The position numbers were made by a program, and so were the translations under genes. Below are positions 54,148 to 64,000 of a DNA stretch of 64,000 bases, one piece after another. The stretch comes from Octopus bimaculoides (Eukaryota): NCBI RefSeq assembly GCF_001194135.2, contig NC_068991.1:18188765-18252764 (forward strand), read 5' to 3'. The stretch's first letter is position 1; every line of letters begins with the position of its first letter. The notes under the pieces are model-generated. The model saw only the letters and a list, made by a program, of their open reading frames with translations, was not told the DNA's origin and searched no databases.

Positions 54148-54340
54148 ACATTTCCAAAACTTAGTACTTCAGCAAAGTAAATCGATAGAATAAATAACAG
54201 ATTTGTAAAGAAAAAAAAAAAGGATTGTAAAAATATGAAGTGCTGGAGTTGATTTCTTTGACAGAACTCCTCAAGGCTGCCATCTTTGACTGAACCCCTC
54301 AAAGGCTGCTTTCCAATAACTAAAGAAAGTATATGATGAA

Positions 54341-54780
54341 CAGGAGTGGCTGTGTGGTAAGTAGCTTGCTTACCAACCACATGGTTCCGGGTTCAGTCCC
54401 ACTACGTGGCACCTTGGGCAAGTGTCTTCTACTATAACCTCGGGCCGACCAAAGCCTTGTGAGTGGATTTGGTAGACGGAAACTGAAAGAAGCCCGTCAT
54501 ATATATGTATATATATATATATATATATNNNNNNNNNNNNNNNNNNNNNNNNNNNNNNNNNNNNNNNNNNNNNNNNNNNNNNNNNNNNATCGCTTGACAA
54601 CTGATGCTGGTGTGTTTACGTCCCCGTAACTTAGCGGTTCGGCAAAAAGAGACCGATAGAATAAGTACTAGGCTTCAAAAAGAATAAGTCCTGGGGTCGA
54701 TTTGCTCGACTAAAGGCGGTGCTCCAGCATGGCTGCAGTCAAATGATTGAAACAAGTAAAAGAGTAAAAGAGTAACAAAA
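54341..54780 (+). mobile_element. SINE type A, full length (internal gap)
   Basis: Family match from head to tail. Confidence 0.9.
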
Positions 54781-55657
54781 GTAACAATGAAATACAAAAC
54801 AAAAATCTTCAAAAAAAAAAAGAATATTTTAAATTTGAACAGTTTGTCTTGTTAAGAAGGAAGAGAAAAAGTGTAAATAAATAATATATCTATGAAGGTC
54901 ATCAACTATGTTTGTCTGACATAATAATGTGAATCTTGCTATTCAGCTCACTTTGAACTTAGGCTGTTTTACTTCCACCTTCAAATATCCTGCTACTAGT
55001 GTTGTTGTTATTGCTGCTGTTGCTGCTGCTGTCGAAAACAATTTTATGGAACAGAAAAAGAGGAAACAACAAACTATTGTGTGACAACTTCAAAATATTA
55101 ATAGGTTGTTGTTGTTAAACCCCAGGTCAACCCTGATTGAGTAGAACTATAATCAAAGTCTTTTTTTTTTCTTTTTCTATGGTGTGTCTGTGTGTTGGGG
55201 ATTTCAGGTACTACATTATCCAATGTGTTTCTATTCAAGACAACAAAGTTTGATTTTAAGTAAATTTGGCTGCTATTTCTAGAGGTCGAGCGACCACTTA
55301 TAGGCTTCTGCATAACTCCTATATTAATAGTGTATTTTTGTTGATGTGTGTGTAAGTGTAGCCATTATTATCATAGTCATCATCATCATTTAATGTCCAT
55401 TAACTAGAGTTAAGTCAATCAATTGTACTACCTCCCACCACATCTGTGGCCTGGCACCAGAGTTTAAAAAATCAAGAGGTAATGAAATTGTTGCAATAAT
55501 AGGAGCACTAGACCAGATGGCTTTCACTTGCCAGCATGTTGCAATGGATATATAGTGTCAGTGTGTATGTATGACAATGTGTAAATGTATTATGAGAAAA
55601 AGTAGGTATAAGAGGCAGGAAGTAAGCTTGTCAACTACACAGCCACACTTGCATATA

Positions 55658-56981
55658 CAGGGTGGAAAAGAGAGGACTGGCGTTTTTGAAATGGCTATTA
55701 CTCAGCTCCAGTGGGAGGGACATATGTCCGACAGGTACCATTCGGTCCGGGGTATCTTAGCATTTTTTTTCTTTTCAAGTGAAGCTATGGCACTGTGGAC
55801 GATACAGCATCACCTTTGCCTATGACAGTTGCGTGAAGAATAACGAGTCTGTCACAATAGTTCAGCTTGAGTTTCGGCGCCACTTCAACATTCACCAAAA
55901 TCAGGCTGTTCCCACCCGTAACACAATCTTACGTTGGGTGAATGCACTTCGTATACGAGGTACACTAATGAATAGGAGACTGGTGAGGGCATCACGAACG
56001 GTACGGATCCCGGAAAATGTGGAACGCATCAAACAAGCTTTGATACGGAGTCCGAATCTCTCTGCTCGGGGGCATTCCACTGAACTTGGCATCGGTAACC
56101 GATCGGTAGGGCGTATTTTGCATGAAGACTTGCATTTCCACCCATACAAATTGGTAATTGGACAACAGTTGAAACCATGGGACTATGCACAGCGGCTTAA
56201 CTTCGCACGTCAGATGGAAGCAATTTCTGAGGCAAATGACAACCTCATTTTGATAATGTGTGATGAAGCTCATTTTCGTTTCAGTGGCATGGTGAATCAA
56301 CAGAACTGTCGTTATTGGGCTCTTGAAAATCCGAGATAACTGCACGAAAGACCACCGCACAGCCCAAAAGTGAGAGTCTGGTGTGCTGTTGGAAAAGCTA
56401 CCGTCATTGGTCCTTACTTTTTTGAAGACGATAATAGAAATGCTGTTACTATGAACTCTGAGTGTTAAATTGAGATGATAAACAACTTCTTTGTGCCTGA
56501 ATTACGACGAAAACGTATGTGGTTTCATCAGGATGGGGCGACTGCCCACACAAGCCAGAGCATCGATGGACGTTCTTCGCCCTCTCTTCGGTGACCTCCT
56601 CATTTCCAGGCTTGCTGGCGTTCCCTCACTCCCTCGGTCCCCTGATGTGTCCATGTATGATTATTTCTTGTGGAGGAACCTCAAGGTACGTGTGTATGTG
56701 CATAAGCCCCATACATTGGACAATTTGAAGGAAGCTATTTGCGTGGACGTCGCCCAAATCTACAGTAATGCTGGAGAAAGTGGAGGCCAATTTCCTAGAA
56801 CGTCTTCAGAAATGCATCAATGAAAACGGACACCACATGATGGATGTTGTTTTCCACACTTGATTTTGACAAATGCTAATCCAGCACGAACGTATTGATG
56901 TCAATAAAATTTGTTTGCAGCTAAATCATTAATGATTTTGTGATTTTTTCAAAAACACCCGTCCTCTCTGCTCCACCCTTG
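55658..56981 (+). mobile_element. Tc1/mariner transposon, DD41D (rosa/Visitor-type), full length but inactivated
   Basis: TIR cagggtggaaaagagaggactggcgtttttgaaa versus right-end reverse complement caagggtggagcagagaggacgggtgtttttgaaa; TA on both flanks (55656-57 and 56982-83). Confidence 0.9.
55787..56863 (+). pseudogene. DD41D transposase pseudogene
   Basis: MALWTIQH/ (frameshift) FAYDSCVKNNES...CDEAHF...NPR*LHERP...VWC...QDGATAHT/ (+1) ARASMDVLRPLFGDLLISRLAGVPSLPRSPDVSMYDYFLW...CINENGHHM. After correcting the +1 shift there are 41 residues between the second and third Asp. Two in-frame stops and about three frameshifts. Confidence 0.9.
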
Positions 56982-57820
56982 TATATGAATAAATTCTAAA
57001 ACAATTTTTGTTTCATTTAATGTTTTGTTAAAATAATGGTGTTGTAAGTTGTTTTTAAAATATAGGAATAGATTTAGGAAAATTATATAGTAGGTTCCAT
57101 GCCAAAGTTAGTCTGAGAACTAGTGGTAGACTGTCTAAATCAGAGGGTAAAATAGTGAAATGTCGTGAGTGAAGTTGGGTAGAAATATGATATAGTGTAG
57201 AATGGAGTTAAAGTATAAATAGAAACGTATAAAAGCAATTGTCACTTGCTACATACATACCTACCTACCTACATGCATGCATACATACATACATTAAAGT
57301 GGTAAGGTATGATTTGAAGGAAAATTGGCTGCTGCTTTATGTAGGGCGATTAACAGCGATGCAGCTCAGTGTTGAATAATATAGAAATAGATATGCGGCT
57401 GTAATGTCATGCAAGAAGCTGTTCCAATAAATTCATGTTTCATGTGGCTGTTAATTCGTACTTCCGTGGAAAGGCAGCTTATTACTTTCATTTTCTTCTT
57501 TTGGGACAGTAAGAAGTTATATATTGTGTGAGAAATTCGATTATAATTTATATATAACATAAAACATTTTTTTAAAAATTTCAGTCAAAGGGAAAGAACT
57601 CTTAATTAGTCACTAGTGTAAGGGAGATAACTCAAATATTTCTCTCAATCATCAATATTTATAGAATAATGGTTTTCTTTTCTTTTTTTCCTCTGTTTAC
57701 ATACGTATTTATCTCCTATCAAAGTTCGTGGAGTTCGATAAGTTTGTTTGTATGTCCTGAGAAGAAGAGAAAATTGACCTTTAGAAACTGACTTTTTGTC
57801 TGAGAGGGAAAAAAAAGTCC

Positions 57821-57841
57821 CTCTTTCTGACGAAGAGCTAT
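57821..57841 (+). other. Truncated hammerhead 5' half
   Basis: ctcttt-CUGACGA-A-GAGCUAU, matching the 53.5 kb motif over 17 nt, then unrelated sequence. Confidence 0.35.
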
Positions 57842-58943
57842 TTATAATGGATTCCTTGTCAATCTCAATGCGAGCATTTGGTTGTTGGACCAACTAAATT
57901 CTTAATCATGAAAATAATGTTTAAAGTTAATGCCATAAGTACCCTTATTGTATTTCACAAAGTGAATTGGTGTGGCACAAGACAGGGGCTTTCAATCGCA
58001 ATACAATCAAGAGAGGACGCGGGAGGAGTAGAATCTGTGTCAGTATTGGAGTGATACTGTATTCATCAATCCTGAAAGAATAAAAAGTAAAGATGGGTTT
58101 GGTATGATTTGAACTCAGAGTACACAGAAGTGAACCTAATAATACAAGGCATCCGATCTCACTCTAACAATTATGTCAAGTCACTTCCATTGATTGTAAC
58201 TTGTCAGTGTATGAGGTTTTAATAATTTGACTGGTTACTAACTTTATACATGACTGTATACATCCTCTGTTCTCCTGTCTACCTCTCTGTTCTTGTCTGT
58301 CTTTGTCTTTTCATTCTTTCTTTTTGTAGATTTCGTCTCTTTTATACCCTCAAGAATAAATCTCATTGGAGTGAACTGTGGCCACATAATCACTTGGAAG
58401 TCCTAGAGTTGCTTACTTAAAATTTTATTGGCCTGACTTTTGCTGATGTCATTACTCAATGCACCAAAATTCTGGTTCTTGTTTATAAAGAATTTCCTAA
58501 TGGGAACTAAGATCCAAGCTTGAATCAAAGTGTATATCTGCAACACCCTACGAGTATAAATTTGAGAGGTGCAACGATGACATTACTATAGATGAATGCC
58601 CATTGATGGCTGCAGGTCATTATGGAAGGAGGGTCAAACTGAATATGTGACGCAGTTTATCAAATTTCTGTTAGTTAAGTGAATATACACAGGTTGATCC
58701 AAGTAGAGCCACCATTGACTGATTGAGATGGTTGGCTCCTCCCTTTTGTAATATATTCTTTATATTCCCACTTTAAAAAAATAATGTTTCTACTCTGTGA
58801 TGATGGATGGCAGTTTAAGAAAAGTTTGTTGGTGAATTTACCAAGAATTTGATGCAAGCATCTCCAAAGACCCAATCTCTGATGATGTGAAAGAATTAAT
58901 ACCATTACAAAAAAATTAAGGTGACATTGGTTCACTGTTGAAT

Positions 58944-59329
58944 TTGTTATTGTTGGCACTCTGTCGCTGACAACGTCGAGGATTCCAGTTGATCCGATCA
59001 ACGGAACAGCCTGCTCGTGAAATTAACGTGCAAGTGGCTGAGCACTCCACAGACACGTGTACCCTTAACGTAGTTCTCGGGGATATTCAGCGTGACACAG
59101 TGTGACAAGGCTGACCCTTTGAATTACAGGCACAACAGAAACAGGAAGTAAGAGTGAGAGAAAGTTGTGGTGAAAGAGTACAGCAGGGTTTGCCACCACC
59201 CCCTACCAGAGCCTCATGGAGCTTTAGGTGTTTTCGCTCAATAAACACTCACAACGCCTGGTCTGGGAATCGAAACCGTGATCCTATGACCACGAGTCCT
59301 CTGCCCTAACCACTGGGCCATTGCACCTC
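58944..59329 (-). mobile_element. SINE type C, full length, 11-bp TSD
   Basis: TSD cactgttgaat at 58933-58943 and 59330-59340. Confidence 0.9.
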
Positions 59330-59644
59330 CACTGTTGAATATGAAAAAAAAAAGAAAAGGAAAAAAAACCCCCAAAACCCACCAAAAGAGAAATGAATAT
59401 TTCTAACATAGGCCCAAGGTTAGAAATTTTTGAGTGACAGACAATCAGTAATGTTAATCCAAGTAGTTTACTACCACTTTATTTTATTGACTCCAGAAGG
59501 ATGAAAGGTGCCACCCTTGGCAGGATTTGAATTCAGCAGAGAAAGAGCTGAAATAAATGTGGCAACATACTTTGTCCAATGTTCAAATGATTCTGCCAAT
59601 CTATTGTTTTAAATAATATAATGTTTCTAATATATAACAAGTAT

Positions 59645-60210
59645 ATCTGCTGAGGTCGATTTTGTCTTTTATCCCTTTGGAGTCATTAATTAAGTACCAG
59701 TTGAACACTGGGGTCGATGTTATTGGACTTACCCACTCCCCTACAATCACTGGCCTAGTGCCAAAATTTGAAGGTAGCAAGCTGGCAGAATCATTAGTAT
59801 GCCAGGCAAAATGCTTAGTAGCATTTTGTCCATCTTCACATTCTGAGTTCAAATTCTGCCGAGGTCGACTTTGCTTCCTTTTGTGGGGTCAATAAAATAA
59901 GTACTAATTGACTCCTGAGGTTGAGATAATCAACTTACCCCCACTCCCGAAATTACTGGCCTTGTGCCAAAATTTGAAACCAATATATAACAAGTATAAG
60001 GCCGCAAGCTGGCAGAATCTTTAGTATGTTGGGCAAAATGTTTAGTGGTATTTCGTCTTTCTGTTCTGAGTTCAGATTCTGATGAGGCTGACTTTGTCTT
60101 TCATCTTTTGGGGTTTGATAAAATAAGTACCAGTGGAACAGAGGTCAATGTAATCAACTTACTCCCTCCCCCAAAATTGCTGGCCTTGTGTCAAAATTGG
60201 AAATCAATAT
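59645..60210 (+). mobile_element. Tandem array of three to four type-B SINEs
   Basis: Repeated caagctggcagaatc...gttcaaattc...cttgtgccaaaatttgaa units. Confidence 0.85.
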
Positions 60211-60384
60211 ATAAGAAGTATACAAGTAGGTACAGGTATGGCTATAGGCGCATGCATGGCTGAGTGATTGAGAAATTTGCTTCCCATTCGTATGTGTTGG
60301 GTTTCAGTCCCACTGTGTGATAACTGGACAAATGTCTTCTACTATAGCCCTGGACTCATTGAAACCTTTTGAGTGAATCCAAGT

Positions 60385-60705
60385 GAAAAAAAGTTAGAGG
60401 TTAGGGTATTCTCTTCACAATCATAAGGTCATGAGTTCGATTCCTGGCTATGTGTTGTGGCCTTGAGAAAAACACTTTATTTCATGTTTCTCCAGTCCAC
60501 TCAGCTGGCAAAAATGAGTTGTGCCTGTAATTCAAAGGGCTGGCCTTATCACATTCTGTGTCATGCTGAATCTGCATGAGAACTACATTAAGGGTATGTA
60601 TGTTTGTGGAGTGCTCAGCTACTTGCATGTTAATTTCATGAGCAGGTTGTTCCATTGATCAGATCAACCAGAACACTTCTTGTCGTAACTGATGGAATGC
60701 CTAAA
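60385..60705 (+). mobile_element. SINE type E
   Basis: Head ggttagggtattc...gagttcgattcct followed by the type-C-like tail. Confidence 0.75.
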
Positions 60706-60832
60706 GCTTCAGTGTATCAATGTTGTTTATCAATATTACAAGGACAATAAAGGCAGTGAGCTGGCAGAATTGTTAACACACCAGACAAAATACTAAGTGG
60801 CAGGCATTTCTTCTGACTTACATGCTGAATTT

Positions 60833-61219
60833 GGTGGAGGCGCAATGGCCTGGTGGTTAGGGCAGCGGACTCGCCGTCATAGGATCGCGGTTTCGATTCC
60901 CAGACTGGGCGTTGTGAGTGTTTATTGAGCGAAAACACCTAAAAGCTCCACGAGGCTCCGGCAGGGGATGGTGGCGAACCCTGCTGTACTCTTCCACCAC
61001 AACTTTCTCTCACTCTTACTTCCTGTTTCTGTTGTGCCTGTAATTCAAAGGGTCAGCCTGGTCACACTGTGTCACACTGAATATCCCCGAGAACTACGTT
61101 AACAGTACACGTGTCCATGGAGTGCTCAGCCACTTGCACGTTAATTTCACGAGCAGGCTGTTCTGTTGATTGGATCAACTGGAACCCACGACGTCGTAAG
61201 CGACGGAGTGCCAACAACA
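60833..61219 (+). mobile_element. SINE type C, full length, nested in a type-B SINE with 13-bp TSD
   Basis: TSD acatgctgaattt at 60820-60832 and 61220-61232. Confidence 0.92.
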
Positions 61220-61591
61220 ACATGCTGAATTTAAATTTCACTGAGGTTTGCTTTTCAGCCTTTCAAGGTTGATAGAATAAGTATCAGTTGAACACTGGGG
61301 TCAAAGTAGTCAACTACCCACTCTCTCAAAATTTCAGACCTTGTGCCTGTAGTAGAAAGAAAACTATTACAAGTATGATAAAGGCAGCGAGTTGGCAGAG
61401 TTTTTTGTGTAACAGATATAATGGTTAGTAGCATTTCTTCCAGCACTTTACATTCTAAGTCCAAATACTGTTGAAGTCAACTTTGCCTTTCATGCTTTCA
61501 GAGTCGATGAAATAAAATACCAGTGAAATACTGGTCCAATGTAATTGACATGCCTGCGAAATTGCTAGACTTACACCAAAATTTAAAACAA

Positions 61592-61970
61592 TGTGTGGTA
61601 AGTAGCTTGCTTACCAACCACATGGTTCCGGGTTCAGTCCCACTGCGTGGCATCTTGGGCAAGTGTCTTCCACTATAGCCTCGGGCTGACCAAAGCCTTG
61701 TGAGTGGATTTGGTAGACGGAAACTAAAAGAAGCCTGTCGTATATTTGTATATATATATGTATGTGTGTCTGTGTTTGTCCCCCTAGCATTGCTTGACAA
61801 CCGATGCTGGTGTGTTTATGTCCCCGTCACTTAGAGGTTCGGCAAAAGAGACCGATAGAATAAGTACTAGGCTTACAATGAATAAGTCCCGGGGTCGATT
61901 TGCTCGACTAAAGGTGGTGCTCCAGCATGGCTGCAGTCAAATGACCGAAACAAGTAAAAGAGTAAAAGAA
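61592..61970 (+). mobile_element. SINE type A
   Basis: Family match. Confidence 0.9.
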
Positions 61971-62592
61971 TATTACAAGGATAATAAACTAAATTAATAT
62001 CAGTATCTTCATTGTAAATGAATAAAAAAAATTGATAGAGGTAGTTAATGTTGATGAATCCTATAAACATATTCAAAAGCAGTGACACCATTTTGGGTTT
62101 TGCTTTCATGTAGTATATGTAAGGCTTGGTGAAGCATGTCATTTTACAAGCTACACCTGCAGAACTAGTTGTTGTAGGTGTTTAATGGGAGTAAACTAGT
62201 TTCCATCGAACAGTCCAGTGATCAAAAGCATTCCAACTGTAACAAAACTATTATTTTGTATATCTAGGACTAGTGTTTAATCCATCCATCTATCCATCTT
62301 TGCTGCCCACAATACCTGGGAAGCTTATGTGAGTTATGGAAGCACCTCCTCCACAGAGTCCAATCAGAAGCAACCACCTTGCTACTGAATTCCCAAGTTG
62401 GCAAGCTGTGTCATTATTTGTCTGAGGTGGGATTGTGTTGGCAAGCTGTGTCACCATCTGTTTGTGGGGCAGTCGGTGGATATGGTCCAAGATACCTGTG
62501 TATGTAGCATTAACAGTCCCAAATATAGCAGTTCTCCTTTGTCAGTCTCACTCAAATACTAAAAGTCATAGTTTTGCTCTCTCTCTCTAAAC

Positions 62593-62887
62593 CAGTGGTT
62601 CCCAAAGTGAGCGGCACTGCCCCCTTGGGGGTGATGGAAAGACTCAGGAGAACGTTGAAGAAAAGTGGGGTGATAACGGAGTGGCCTAAATGAGGCAATG
62701 AATGTAAAAATAAACCCCCCAAAATAATGGGTTAATTATGTTAAATTTTATTTGTGAAATACAGTTGTTTCGAATTTGCAGCAGAAAATGGCCTATGTTT
62801 GTGGTGATGAGTTTGGTGGTGGGGGGCACTGGGGATGTGCCCTGGGTGCCAAGGGGGCGGCAGCCTGCAAAGGTTTGGGAACCACTG
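62593..62887. mobile_element. hAT (Charlie-like) MITE, 295 bp
   Basis: TIRs CAGTGGTTCCCAAA / TTTGGGAACCACTG; 8-bp TSD ctctaaac / cactaaac (7/8 match). Confidence 0.88.
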
Positions 62888-63490
62888 CACTAAACTGAAT
62901 TTGAACTAAGAATTTGGAAAGACAAAGACCAAACATTATCCATTCTGTGCTTGATAAGCACTTACATTCTTGTCATTTAGTTTTCATGGAAGAATACAAA
63001 GGAACTTTGCTGTTACCTTGTTTCAGACATGTTCTACTAGGCATCATCTTGTTAGCTAATGCAATGAGTTAGAATAGTTAAGTCATCGGATAGAATATCT
63101 TGTGGTATTCATTCTGGCTCTCTGTGCTCTAAGTTCAAATACCGTTGAGATCAGCTTTGCCTTTATCTGTTTAGGGTCAATACAGTACCACTCAAGTACT
63201 GGTCAATTCTTTGTCTTTTCTCCTTCTATCTTCTTCCTTTCTTCTTTTTCTCTACCACTCTTTCCTGTAATGGTTCCTGGATAGAAGTAGGATAACCTAA
63301 GGAAGGCTGCATATGTTCCATCAGAACTACCTCATTCCACATGATCCTTGTACCACAGGAGTAGGTGACTGTGAATTTTCATAATTATGTAACCCAAATA
63401 TACAATCTCTTAGCTTTGTTGATTTGAAACCCCTAGACTACTGAATAATAACCTGTATTTTTAACCCTTTCATTACTATATCTCTGTTGA

Positions 63491-63723
63491 TGTACATTGT
63501 CTTTACATTATTTACATTTGACGAATATATTTGTCCTCATCAGGGGGAAATTTCGAACCTGGGTTCTTATTCCCAAGGTATTTTTCGATATTGTTGTTGT
63601 TGTTATTATTATTATTATAATTATTATTATTCGCCTCCACGTCCACCAGTCCTCAGTCAAATCGTCCAACCCATGCTAGCATGGAAAGCGGACGTTAAAC
63701 GATGATTATTATTATTATTATTA

Positions 63724-63763
<40 letters not shown>

Positions 63764-63948
63764 CATCATCATTATTCAGGTCACTGCCTGGAATCGAACG
63801 CGAAATCTTGATGAAGGCTGGAGGGTATATCAGCCGAAATGTTGCGTTAACAACAAACAAGATGAGGACAAATATCCATCAAATGTAAATAATGTAAATA
63901 ATGTACATAATTCCTCATCTCTTAAATATAGAACTGTACATTGTCTTT
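63491..63948. mobile_element. TSD-bounded short retroelement with tRNA B-box head, (AAT)n spacer, hammerhead motif and inverted 5' segment; small RTE tail nested at 63632-63705
   Basis: 14-bp direct repeat tgtacattgtcttt at 63491-63504 and 63935-63948. The minus segment 63505-63809 reads GTTCGATTCC...(AAT)n...aacccaggttcgaaatttcccc-ctgatgaggacaaata. The plus segment 63808-63934 reads UGAUGA-A-GGCUG..CAGCC-GAAA-UG-UU-GCGUU plus tail. Confidence 0.75.
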
Positions 63949-64000
63949 TTGAAAATAATGAAGAATTTACTAAAATAACTTTGTCATTATTAATCTGCTG

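Overview
This is eukaryotic, repeat-dominated genomic DNA: AT-rich, with many (TA)n/(CA)n/(TAGA)n microsatellites and scaffold N-gaps. The SINE/LINE repertoire suggests an octopus (coleoid cephalopod) genome; that assignment is inference from recalled repeat families, not a database match. I found no intact host protein-coding ORF. Nearly all long ORFs in the track are microsatellite or N-gap artefacts, and the real protein similarity is all transposon-derived: RTE-clade LINE endonuclease/RT/C-terminal fragments, a second degenerate LINE RT, a Tigger/pogo remnant, and a near full-length but inactivated DD41D Tc1/mariner with TIRs and TA flanks. Also present are at least five tRNA-headed SINE types (some in head-to-tail arrays), three solo LTRs, a 106-bp mariner MITE and a hAT MITE. 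The most interesting signal is a set of type I hammerhead-ribozyme motifs from at least three repeat families (about 17.0, 39.2, 53.6, 57.8 and 63.8 kb). One lies in a TSD-bounded, tRNA-headed short retroelement with an inverted 5' segment, resembling a retrozyme or Penelope-dependent SINE; every copy here looks degenerate. CpG retention alternates in blocks (kept at about 0-10, 23-30 and 43.7-46.5 kb, depleted elsewhere). Together with splice motifs this hints at minus-strand, so far non-coding exons, but these remain unproven.
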